DNA from: Rozella allomycis CSF55
Taxonomy: Eukaryota
Reading direction: 5' to 3'
DNA length: 35,046 nt
Assembly: GCA_000442015.1 (NCBI GenBank)
Contig: KE560974.1
Location: 1 to 35,046 of the forward strand
This document shows positions 12,168 through 26,047 of this stretch, piece after piece (position 1 is the stretch's first letter; the number at the start of each line of letters is the position of its first letter). The notes beneath the pieces are model-generated. The model was not told the DNA's origin. It worked only from the letters and a program-made list of their open reading frames with translations, and ran no database searches. Both the position numbers and the translations under genes were made by a program.

Positions 12168-13856
12168 TTATTCCTTTTCGGTGCTCTTGATGTCGATGAT
12201 CCTGTCACAGCAATCACAAATCAATGACGCCACTGTGTTTTCATTAATGCTAACAATATCTGTGCTGGTTTCTGGAATAACAAAAAGTTTCGAAGTATAA
12301 AATGAGCGAGGCCCTTTATCAAAATCTGACAGATAATCGGCAACAGCGCTTTTTAAGACTACATCTTCATTTTGAAAATTGGAGGTTTCTTGATTTGCCA
12401 ATTCATACTCCATTTTAAAAAATCTTTGCCTTTGCTCTTCCAGCTCGAGAAGGATTTTCTTCAATGAAAAGGACTTGTCAGTCAATTGAACCTGCACGTT
12501 GAAAGTAAATTCAAATAAAAGGGCCTTTGACGTAAAATACAAGGAAGAGAAAATGAATGGGTACGGAAACTTGTCCAATTTTTCTTTGAAAAAAGGCAGC
12601 AATCTCACATCCAAATATTTTATTTCGAACGCGTGATCTGCTTGGGCTCTGAACCACGATAAAGCCTTCATAGTTTCATCGCCTGTAAATTGATCTTTTC
12701 TCAATTCATATAGCTTTTTTTCAAAATCATTTAATACTTTAAAAGCTGCATCGTTAAATTCTCTTTGTACGGTCTTTACAAAGTCATCGCCAGTCATATT
12801 GTCACGCCTGTAAATATTGATGTAATCCCATAAATTATTGGCTAAATCTTCCGTCTTTTTGTTGAATTTAGCATCAACTTCTTGCAGTATTTGATGAAAC
12901 CAGACAGCAATTTTGTCGGCATCAGATCTCTTCAAAGAATTTATAAGAGTTCCATGAAGTTTAATTAAAAGGGTCCACAATTCAAAAAAATAAATAGAAC
13001 GCACGTCAGGAATAAAAGGTAGCATGTTCAATGTTGACAATATTGCTGATGTTTCTTGGCTATCAATAACAGTCTTGAGTTCTGCAAAAACTTTCTTAAC
13101 TTCATCTTTTGCCTTCTCTTCTTTTGTTTTTTCGTCCGCATTGGCCTGATTTTGTACACGTTTCCTTAGTTTTGGTTTTCGCGTCTTAACGTTACAGACC
13201 TCATCAATTTTCTCAAGAACTAGGCTTTCCATCGAGTAAATTTCATAAATTTCGTATGCTTTCTGATGAAACGTTACTGCGAACAACAATATTTCACGCG
13301 CAGTGCTGTCTGGAATTATTGCAGTAGACTTGTGAAAGGGTACAAGTAAGCCAATGTATGTAACCAAGTAATCATCAATGTATTCTAAAAATACAGGCTT
13401 TCCGCCAGCGATTTTACGCTCTGGAATCAGACTTCTAATGTCATTCATAATACATTCGTGTTGCTGAAAATGGTGATCATCTTTAATAGATGGATCGAGC
13501 GTCCCTCTTTGGATTTCATTCTTTACCTCATTGTGGCAGACATGTGGATTTTCTTTGGCAGCATGTTGTGGAATGTCTACATACGATAACTTTATTTCAT
13601 CCCTTGATTCTCCTTCTGTGTTTCTTTTATACGTGTTTAAGTCTTGCTTTTCGCTTTCTTCATGTGTAGAAATTACATCCTCTTGCAGTATAGAATTGTG
13701 AAAGCCATCCTGTCCTCTTTCCACATTAAATTTATTTTTGCCACTTATTTGGTGCCACTGCCTATTGTCTCTCTTGGTTCTTCTCTTGGGCTTACTTATC
13801 GAAAATGTTGAAGTAATAAATAATGCAAAGCAAAACAAGCACAGAATTAAATTCAT
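12168..13856 (-). CDS. Secreted orphan helical protein, family A paralog 2
   Basis: ATG 13856 gives signal peptide MNLILCLFCFALFITSTFS, then a basic KPKRRTKRDNR segment and a disordered linker. The family A domain follows (LIPE..YIDDYLVTYIGLLVPFH..AREIL..FH..EIYSM; GDDFV..VQ.EFN; DFDKGPRSF..PE; CDC). Confidence 0.8.
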   Translation of the reverse strand: MNLILCLFCFALFITSTFSISKPKRRTKRDNRQWHQISGKNKFNVERGQDGFHNSILQEDVISTHEESEKQDLNTYKRNTEGESRDEIKLSYVDIPQHAAKENPHVCHNEVKNEIQRGTLDPSIKDDHHFQQHECIMNDIRSLIPERKIAGGKPVFLEYIDDYLVTYIGLLVPFHKSTAIIPDSTAREILLFAVTFHQKAYEIYEIYSMESLVLEKIDEVCNVKTRKPKLRKRVQNQANADEKTKEEKAKDEVKKVFAELKTVIDSQETSAILSTLNMLPFIPDVRSIYFFELWTLLIKLHGTLINSLKRSDADKIAVWFHQILQEVDAKFNKKTEDLANNLWDYINIYRRDNMTGDDFVKTVQREFNDAAFKVLNDFEKKLYELRKDQFTGDETMKALSWFRAQADHAFEIKYLDVRLLPFFKEKLDKFPYPFIFSSLYFTSKALLFEFTFNVQVQLTDKSFSLKKILLELEEQRQRFFKMEYELANQETSNFQNEDVVLKSAVADYLSDFDKGPRSFYTSKLFVIPETSTDIVSINENTVASLICDCCDRIIDIKSTEKE

Positions 13857-14066
13857 AATGTGCTCTGCCACTTCAACGTGACATGCACGTGAAAGTCAAT
13901 TTTGTACTCCATTAAAGGAAAATGTTTGTAACATATCTACGCGATTAAAACAATATATATTTTCAAAAGGAGGAAAAGTCTGAATATTTTTCAATAGCTT
14001 GTCATTAAGAAAAGACTACAATTTTACTTCAAAAAAGATTTAAATTATTAGAATTAACCACTTTAT

Positions 14067-15616
14067 TCAAACGCTTTCCGATAATTCATTGACATTCCCG
14101 CATTGGCAAAACCAAGAGGAAACGTCGGAATCAATTTCATCGAGTATTTCTGGAACGAAATATTGATTTTGAGTATTACAAACAGGAGTATCATCTAATT
14201 GTGCCTTTTTAGATTGTATTGCTAAAGGTACGACATCCTTCGGGTGTTCAATTGCTAAACCTACGTTTAATTCTGCAGTCATCTCTTTAATCTTTCCAAT
14301 GAATACATCTATTTCCTCTATTGCATTATTGGACTTGAATTTTAAAGAAAACTGGCAAGCTAAAACTTGAATGACCATCAAGGTCAAACCAATGGACGTG
14401 TAATACAAATTTTCGAAAATGGCTTTATAGACGAAGTTTTCCATTATCGTTTTCTTTTTAGATGTTTTAAAAATACCTTGCAGTTTTTTGGGAAGTGTCT
14501 CCGCTAACACTGTCAAGGCTACAATATAATTATTGTCCAAACGTTGTTCACGGTTTTTTTCGAATTCTTTAAACTGTTCCAATTGTTTTACAATTTCTGC
14601 ATTGATTTCAGTTTGCACTTCCATGACAAATATATCACCTGGAATGTTTTCTGGTCGATGTAAATTAAGAAACATTTGCAATTTCTCGTGCAACTCTTTT
14701 TTAGATCTCTCATACTTTTTGCTTATTGAAATTAGTTTTTCTTTTATTGCAGTGAGAATTGAATTGGAATCTTTTATGTTCTCCTTAATGATCCGTTCGA
14801 GGAGAGAAAAGAAAACAGTCGACCCTTCCAAGTAAATCTTTTTAATTTCCATGTCAAAAGCTCTGGGTTTCATTATAGTATTTTGCAATGAAAAGATTAT
14901 GTAATCCAAATATATCTCACGTTGCATAAAAAAGTTTTGAATTTCATTTGCTACTTTGTTGAAGGTCTTTTCAGCCATTTTTACTTTGTAATTGGCAATT
15001 TTTAACATTTTGCTTTCTTTTGGTTTTGATAATTGTTCTCCGATGATCTTTGCATAAATCATCGCCAGCACTTCCTTCTTCATCGAATAAATTTCAGAGA
15101 ATTCAAGTATCTGCTCATGAAAATTAATAATGAAATGCAATATTTCACGAGACGCAGAGTTAGAAATCATAGCCATACCATTATAATTGGGGAAAGGCAA
15201 CAAAAGCAAAACGCTGGTGATTAAATAGTCATCCAAAGTATTGGAAAGATCAGGATTCAAGGTTCGCACACTACTATCTGGAATAATCTCACGAATTTGT
15301 TCAATAAGTACCTTGCTTGCTTCTTGGTCAGCAGAGCTCATCATGTACTCGTCTATCAGAGTAGGTTTTCCTTTGATTATCCAAGTGTTATGTTACTTTT
15401 TCTACAATTAGCGCAAGTTTCCGATATTTTTTCAATCAACTGAAAATTTCTCTCTTGAGTACCTTCGGAGGGGATTTCAGGCGCAGGGTTTTCTTTTTTA
15501 CTTTCCTTTGTTGGCTTTGTCTTTTTAACGAGATTTCGATTATCGGCTTTGCGGCGTGTTGCTCCAACGGAGAGTAAACAAGCAATAAGCACAAAAAGAA
15601 GGGTTACTTTTTTCAT
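14067..15616 (-). CDS. Secreted orphan helical protein, family A paralog 3 (two exons)
   Basis: Exon 1 (signal peptide MKKVTLLFVLIACLLSVGA) joins ORF 14067-15344 in frame through a 26-nt intron at 15371-15396 (GTAACA...CAAAG). Domain blocks: IIPD..LDDYLITSVLLLLPF..SREIL..FH..EIYSM; GDIFV..VQ.EIN; FVPE; CQC. Confidence 0.8.
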
Positions 15617-16043
15617 TCCTACCTAGCCACTGCATGCATGGTCACATGTCTAGCTAGGCACACCCCTGCCTTAATTTACTTTGACATCTATATCTTCTTC
15701 CTTGGAATACAATACAAAAATTGCATGTTATTGTTCTGACTAATATTTGATACAAAAAAGATTTTCAAAATATGAATTTCGGTGCGACACAACTATACTC
15801 GAACAAATGAAAGCACAAATAAAAGAACAACCTTTCAAAAAGTTATAAACAGCAATAATTGTAGCACTGACTGAACTTTTCCGAAAGTTGCATCCAGATG
15901 CCAGAATTTCAAAGTATTTAAAAATTAAAATAAGATATAAAAATATTAAATATTTAATTCAAATATTATAATATCATAATTCTCTTTTTCTCATTGTTTG
16001 TCACACTCTTAGAAATTCCACGTCAAACAACCAGGGTCTCAAA

Positions 16044-19146
<3,103 letters not shown>

Positions 19147-19160
19147 AGCAATAAAATTGG

Positions 19161-19190
19161 GTTTTAAATAGTTTTAAATAGTTTTAAATA
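19161..19190. repeat. Tandem repeat (GTTTTAAATA)x3 in the AT-rich SERCA 3' intergenic region
   Basis: Three perfect 10-bp copies read directly from the sequence. Confidence 0.85.
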
Positions 19191-19305
19191 TTTAGTGTTA
19201 ATAGTTTCAATGTTAAATATTAAATTTTAATGTTAATAATTTCATTGTGTTTTTAAATATCATTTCACTCACTTTAAACTCAATTCATGAATTTTCTTAA
19301 TTTTC

Positions 19306-21114
19306 ATGCGGAGTTTATTCGCCCTTTTAATCGTCTTTTCTTTCACGTACTTGCTACTCTTTTTATTACCCTCAAAAACAAAAACCCTTCCACTCTCTTT
19401 AGATTATCTATATGCTTGCTATTCAAAGAAATGCTTACATATCAATCAATCTGTCAACTTCTCTCCAAGTATTCTCTCCAATGGCCATTCAATCTTTGGT
19501 AATAACAAATTCGACATTTAAAATAGGTCAAAATCACAATCACTTTACTCTAATCATTCCATCAAACATGCTCATCAAACTACATTCAAACAACATATAC
19601 TACTGGCTTACATCAGGTACTCGCTTTTAATATTTCACATAAGGTGTCTGGTCTTTAAATCATTTATCTGAAAACGGTACTACTCGTATTATTTATCTAT
19701 TAGATTACATCAATCTTTCAATTTCACATCACGCTGTAAATACTGGTCTACAAATATGCTTTCAACAGAAATGTGCCACCCTAAAACATGGCGAATACAT
19801 AGTCACTGAAAATCTACCACTACCTGACTTGTTTCATTTAAACTCAAACTACTTTATTAAATGCAATTCCAATTCTCACACATCGTTCATTGATCAATCT
19901 GTTCTACACACAAAAATGTGGAAAGAGTGCGGCACTTTAACCGTTTATGAAATCGGTAGAATTCTCAATACTATTTTATAGACAAATACTTGAATGAATT
20001 CAAACACTACTTTGACAATCTGGAATTGGTAAACACCAGCAAATACGGAACCGTTTTTCACATGAAAAATGACAATACTTGCATTGACAAGAATGGCGTC
20101 TCACTAGTCACTCAAATATCAGTGTCAAGATTGTCGCGTATTCAAAAACTATCTGAACACTGGCCCTGCAATTTTATCATTGTTGTTCATCTCGTAAATC
20201 CATGGGATATTCCCATTCTGTTCTCCTATCTTTCATCAACAACTTTGCCCGTTACTTGGCTCGTTAATTTGCCAAATTATAATGCGATAAACTCAAAAGA
20301 GTATCCAATAAACTATCTGCGGAATGTCGGCATCCGTCATGTTAAAACACTTCATTATCTTGTCATCGATGCAGACTTTTTAATGGATACACAGTTATAT
20401 TACAAGGCAAAGGAATTGGTGATTAATCGTAAAGTGGATCCTTCTTTAAAGCCGCGCATTGATGAAAGCTTTGCGGAATTTAATAATAGAGTTGAAGAGA
20501 GACATAAGTGTATTCTTAATAATCCAAATGAAATAAACCACAATGGAATTCACGATAACGAAATAGATAATACAGCTTTTGTTGTGGCATGTCTCGCTCT
20601 GAAATCGAAATCAATCGCGTTACCACATTCATTCAGGCAGCTGAAACGATTATACAGAAGAGGACTTGTTGAAGTTACAGATCCAAATGCAGGTCACGGG
20701 CCCACACAGTACGGGACTTTCTTCTTGGAAGACTCATCTTCACATTACGAAGTTTGTTACGCTAGCCAATGGGAGCCTTATTACATTGTTTCAATCAATG
20801 CCCCGCTGTACGACGAACGATTCACTGATCAAAAAGGTGATAAACAACAACATGCATTACATCTAAACGCTATAGGGTACAAATATAAAGTATTAAAGGG
20901 TCATTACTTGCTTCATTTGGAACACGAAAAGGGAATGGAATGGCCGGAATCTTTGGTGGTTAGAGATGCCTCAAGAGAGCGGATTGATTATTTTGGGGAT
21001 TACATTGGAGAATTGCAGAAAAGGTTTGGGTGGAGAGTGAGAGATCCAAAATGTGCTAAAAGTATGATCAAAGTTCATCAAACTAGTTTGGCGCCAATGG
21101 ACTTTAATATTTAA
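19306..21114 (+). CDS. Type II membrane glycosyltransferase family 49 (LARGE glucuronyltransferase domain / B4GAT1-like)
   Basis: An N-terminal TM anchor (MRSLFALLIVFSFTYLLLFLL) connects to ORF 19990-21114 through three introns of 26-28 nt. GT49 motifs: VSLVTQ.S..RL, YPINYLRNVG, the DxD motif IDADF, GHGPT.Y, WEPYYIV, PLYDERF and HL...GY.Y.VL...YLLH. Confidence 0.85.
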
Positions 21115-21371
21115 TAAAGTTTTGTAAATTATTTAAATTATTTAAATAGTTTAGTTTGAACTATATTTTCAATCCTTTTACTTTGCCCATTTAGTTTCTA
21201 ATGTTCAGTCGGCTATTGATAGCAATACATAAATTGAAATTCTTGCTTTCAGAATGCAATAAATATTTTCAGTTATAATAAATAGATACTAGTACTGTTA
21301 TACTGCTGTAACTAACTGCATGATTTTGTTAAAGAGGCCCTCCCATGTCACATTTTTACCCCTGTCTATTC

Positions 21372-22289
21372 ATGATGAAAATTTTCTATTTGTCTATAAT
21401 AGTCTTCATTTACACTCTTTCTTATTGTTCTTGTACAATTAAAGAAATGATAGAAGACTCTGAAAAGGTACTTTCAATGTTGTTTGAAGAACCTATCACC
21501 GAAATGTCCCTTAGTGATTGGCATGATGAAATAAATCGTTGCAGAGATGATAATTGCGACTTTAACTGTCAGTATAAGCGAACACTTACATTAACTCCGT
21601 TTGTATGTGTAAAGCGACATCTTGTACGCAAGTTTGAAAGTTCCGTTCACGCATATGCCTTAAAATACAGAATTCAGTCTATAATTGCTACTCTTAGACA
21701 TATAACTAATCTTTCACGAGATCACAAAAACGAAAAAGACAATGGAAGGCTTATTTTGGCAAGATTCGCCATAATTTTCAATATTTGCTTCAACCTTCTC
21801 GATTTTGATATTATTCCAGCCTTAGATAGTTTGATAAGAAACAATTCTGAATTGAATATCTATAGTCTTATTCTAGAACATATTAATTCACTAAAGAGAA
21901 GTCTACAGGAAGATATCCTCCTTCAGATTCACATAAACTTTTTGACGAACCAAGTAATTTTCGATGAGCGAAACCACTTACAAAAGTTTTGTAAATATGT
22001 AATGTCCATCTTGAAATCATGTGTAAATGAATTGATAAATAGATTTGATGCAAGCACAATGAAACTCATCAAACTTGACAATTTTTATGTGTTGAAAGGT
22101 TCTATGGATATTAATACTCTCAATATGATTAATGCACATTACCTTCAGATGACTAAACCTTTCACAGACATATTTTACAAACTAGAGCATTTTAGAAATT
22201 TTTATCAAGCCTTTCTTTCCTTTCAAAGCGATAATGTTGACTCTATGCGCGCAGTTATTAAATCAATGTTTTCCAATGAATTTAAATAA
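21372..22289 (+). CDS. Secreted orphan protein
   Basis: Intronless ORF (ATG at 21345 or 21372) with signal peptide MMKIFYLSIIVFIYTLSYC and a Cys cluster (CRDDNCDFNC..C). The stop overlaps AATAAA. Confidence 0.7.
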   Translation: MMKIFYLSIIVFIYTLSYCSCTIKEMIEDSEKVLSMLFEEPITEMSLSDWHDEINRCRDDNCDFNCQYKRTLTLTPFVCVKRHLVRKFESSVHAYALKYRIQSIIATLRHITNLSRDHKNEKDNGRLILARFAIIFNICFNLLDFDIIPALDSLIRNNSELNIYSLILEHINSLKRSLQEDILLQIHINFLTNQVIFDERNHLQKFCKYVMSILKSCVNELINRFDASTMKLIKLDNFYVLKGSMDINTLNMINAHYLQMTKPFTDIFYKLEHFRNFYQAFLSFQSDNVDSMRAVIKSMFSNEFK

Positions 22290-22397
22290 ACACTGTAGAT
22301 CTTTACCTGACTAATTAGTTATACAAAATCCTAATTTTTAAAACCCCAAATAGTGTCAACATTTATTTGTATGTATCATGTTACGGAACTTTCCATC

Positions 22398-22404
22398 GCT
22401 CTAT

Positions 22405-22457
<53 letters not shown>

Positions 22458-22471
22458 TCCACCATGGAGCG
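22398..22471 (+). tRNA. trnN: tRNA-Asn (anticodon GTT)
   Basis: Cloverleaf: acceptor GCTCTAT/ATGGAGC with discriminator G, D-stem GCGC/GCGC, anticodon stem TTCGG/CCGAA with loop CTGTTAA, T-stem GGTGG/CCACC with loop TTCAAGT. Confidence 0.97.
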
Positions 22472-22474
22472 TAA

Positions 22475-22481
22475 TTTTTTT
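22475..22481 (+). terminator. RNA polymerase III terminator (T-run) of tRNA-Asn
   Basis: A run of T starts 3 nt after the discriminator base. Confidence 0.8.
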
Positions 22482-22559
22482 GAAGAAATTTTTGGAAGCG
22501 AGTTATTGTTTTCGATCACTATTTAGTAATTAACTCAGTAACACTAAATTTATCTACTC

Positions 22560-24860
22560 ACTTCCAGAGTAAACTCCCAGAAAGGTACGGATTTCTAAAT
22601 ATCACTATTCATCATTCATGCAGACTTCTACTTTATCTGAACCACTGCCAGTGCTCGTGAGTCAGTTTCAGTACTGACGATTTTCTACCTGAAAATGAAG
22701 CTGCTGGGATTTCGCGTGTTCAACAAGCTTTGGTAAGCCAGGTTTAAAATCTCTCCAGACTCTGGTTTACTAGCGAAATGCTTAAAAGACAGGCTCAACT
22801 CCAGCGCCAAGTGTTCAAAGTAAAGATATCTGGAGAGATAACAACACTAAAATGCCAAGACTTGTTAGATATGGCGAAGCGTACTAATAATGCGAAATAT
22901 CTCTTTGAAGAGGGCGCCGAGGCATTTCAGTGTTGTTATCTCTCCAGATATCTTTACTTTGAACACTTGGCGTTGGAGTTGAGCCTGTCTTTTAAGCATT
23001 TCGCAGGGGTATGGATTTTGAGTTTTTTTAAAAAAAAATCAAAAAAACAAAATCGGGGTTGGTTAACCCCGAAGAATCCCATTAATATTCTTTTAATGTC
23101 GCCACTTTAAATGTGCACGGCCTTAGATGGGAGAAAGATCAAGTATTTCTCCACAATTTTGTTACAACAATTTTGAATTTTAATATATCCATTCAAGATC
23201 ATCATATTAATGAAAATAATTTATTACCCGTCAATTTATTTCCCAAATCTATTTGGTCTCTATCAAGTTCAGTTCATGCTGGAGGTCTGGGATTAATTTT
23301 TTTGAATCCATTTGTAGAATATGAAACCTTGGTAGCTAATGATCGATGTTTACTTGCTCGAATTATATTTCCAAATCAAGATGAATTTTATATATGTAAC
23401 ATCTACGAACCCGCGCAACGACATTTACTGTTCAATTTTATTAGAAGTTTACCCGATTTAAGTCAATTTCAAAATTGTTTATTGATGGGTGATTTAAATC
23501 GCACATCTAATTATATGGATCGATCGCAAAGAAACTTTACTGATAGTCAATATTGGGGTTTTTTGAAAATTGGAGACCTTTATCATTAACCAATACCGAC
23601 TGTAGAATTTTGTCAAAAATTCTAGATAACAGACTAAAGCCCTTTTTACGCAAAATAATTCATGAAGCACATGTGGGGTTTATTCCAGGACGTAACGCTT
23701 TTGACCATGCTTTTCTTTTATCGGAAGTAGTTGATTATGCACGCAAGCATCAAAATAATGAAGGGTCCATCATAATTGTGGATCAACAAAAAGCATATAA
23801 TAGAGTTAGCATGTTTTATTTATTCCAATGCTTAACACGACTAGGATTTAATTTAGAATTCTGTTCGTGGATATCAATGTTGATTGTTCAATTATCTTCA
23901 TCGTTATTTATTAATGGTTACCTATCTTTGGAATTTGACACATTAAGAGGTTTGCGTCAAGGTGATCCTTTGTCTCCACATCTTTATGCAATTGCTTTAC
24001 AGCCCCTCATACATGAATTACTAGTATCAATGCAAGGATATAAATTATGCCGAAAAGATATTAAATTGCTAGCGTTCGCGGACGATTTAGTGTTGTTTCC
24101 AAAGAATGCCAATGATATTAGTTTAGTCATAAGAATATTCGATATTTATAACAAAGCTTCTAATGCGCAACTGAAAAAAATTAAAACTCAATTGGTACCA
24201 TTTAATATGAACACTAGAAATGATCTTTTGCAGTTTCAAACAACTTTTAAAATAATTAATGAGAATGAAATATTTGCTTATTTAGGTTATCCTTTTAAAG
24301 AAATGATTCTAACGTGAATGATTATTTATTAATGAAGTTAATAAATATCAAAACTCTTCTTAATATGAATTCGCAACGGTGCCTTTCTTTAACAGGTCGG
24401 ATTTTGTCCTAAATACTTGTGTGCTTCCCAAATTTGCCTACTTAATGCGAATCATAGGATTTCAGGAATTTCAAAAGGCTGTATGGTCATTTTTGTGGGG
24501 CCGAAAAAGAGCACTCATTTGTTATGCATCGGCATGCAAACCTAGAAAATATGGGGGACTAGGTTTAGTTGATTTCGATTCACACTCTGATAGTCATTTA
24601 ATTTACTGGTTGAAAAGATTGACATATCAATCATTTGGAATTTATAGAAGACGTATTTAACAAGGAACTATTTTACGAAACATTCAATATTCAAAGATGC
24701 AATAATGATAATGCTAAATATTCTTATTTATGGAACAATATCTTCAATGCATTACAGCATTATGAAATCTCTGTGAATTTGGATGCTTTAAAAACATTAA
24801 CCTTATCAAGCTACGAGTTTATTCCAATAACAATACTAAAAATTTTAAATCTATTCTAGA
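22560..24860 (+). mobile_element. Degenerate non-LTR retrotransposon (L1/Tx1-type LINE: ORF1 relic, AP endonuclease, reverse transcriptase)
   Basis: The endonuclease start FNVATLNVHGLR is at about 23092, followed by SIQD, GGLG, NIYEP and LMGDLN. RT motifs: NWRPLSLTNTD..ILSKIL..RL, GFIPGR, DQQKAYNRV, GLRQGDPLSP.LY, FADD, YLG, then GGLGLVDF. It has multiple frameshifts and stops. Boundaries are approximate. Confidence 0.9.
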
Positions 24861-24929
24861 ACATGAGCGCGGTTTAGTTCAAATTTTTCTAGAAGGTATT
24901 TTTTGTTGAAAATTCTCGAAACATTTTAC

Positions 24930-25903
24930 ATGCAAGAATTTTCGTTGCTGACCGTAATTTTAGATCTAATTCCAGCTGAAAAATATAATGAAGATCATAC
25001 CAACATTATTAATTCTTTGATCACTTTTATTCAAGCATATACGGGGAGCCATTCTCAAAACGTCTTAGGTTTATTAGGGGCTACTTGTGACACTTCGTAA
25101 GAATGCTCAAGGGTATTTTAAACTTAGGAAATGGCTTTTTAACTCTCGCCAAATAGATATGGAAAGTCAGTATCGGATCTTACAGATTAGAGACGAGCTG
25201 ACAAAAAATATAGAGTCCTTAATCGCGGACATAAGTGAGAATCTAATGGAGAAAGACATTATAGGTAATTTCGGTAACCAATTTTGATTAGGCTTCAGCA
25301 GAATAACGTCTGCCTTATGCAAATCGTTGTGCTGTAAGACCAAGTTATTGTGATAATACAGTTCACAACGTAGAAAAGTTAAAGGCAAAAGAGAAAATAC
25401 AATCAAGAATTCTTATCTTAAGTACTTCTGATTTTGATACATCGCAGTATATTGACACAATGAATTGTATATTCTCAGCTCAAAAGGATGTAATTCGATT
25501 CTTAGCTTATTAAATTAGAATATAGTTATCGATGTATGTCGATTAGGAAAAACAGATTCTTCTTTCCTAAAACAAGCTGCTTCTCTAAGCGGGGGGATTT
25601 ATTTAAAATGCAATCAAGAGTCCCTTCTGCTGAATCTAATGGTATTCTGTTAAATTAGGTTGAATTTAGACACATTTTTTCCCTGACAACTTAACCCGAA
25701 CAAATTTGATCACACCAGTAGTTGATAACGTTGATTTTAGGACAACGTGCGTTTGTCATCAAAAAGTGATAGATTTAGGCTATATTTGTTCTGTATGTCT
25801 CACAGTATATTGCTCCTTTGTACCAATTTGCCATAATTGCAGGTAATTATATTTACAATACCTTCTTAGGACCAAATTCTCATTTGACAAAAAGAGGTTG
25901 TAG
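24930..25903 (+). CDS. TFB4: TFIIH subunit Tfb4/p34 (GTF2H3)
   Basis: Not seen as a single ORF. The spliced product reads MQEFSLLTVILD...SQN.LG.LGA...SALCKSLC...SRILI...SQYI.TMNCIFSAQK..IVIDVC..DSSFLKQAASLSGGIY...VDFRTTCVCHQKVIDLGYICSVCLTVYC...ICHNCRTKF. It has six introns of 27-31 nt. Confidence 0.92.
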
Positions 25904-26047
25904 CAGAATAAATTTTGACTTTCAAAGCTGTTTACAAACCATTTTTGTTAAAAATTGATTATGAAATTCATAAAATCATTGTTCGCATAAAGTTTAATCC
26001 AGCCTTTGGAATGTCAGTAACCTTGGCAATAAATACCCCTTTCATAT

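Noticed and set aside
24903..25287. ORFs 24903-25100 and 25087-25287 as the LINE 3' end
   Set aside because: They splice into TFB4 exons (SLLTVILD... vWA-like N-terminus) and are not retroelement sequence.
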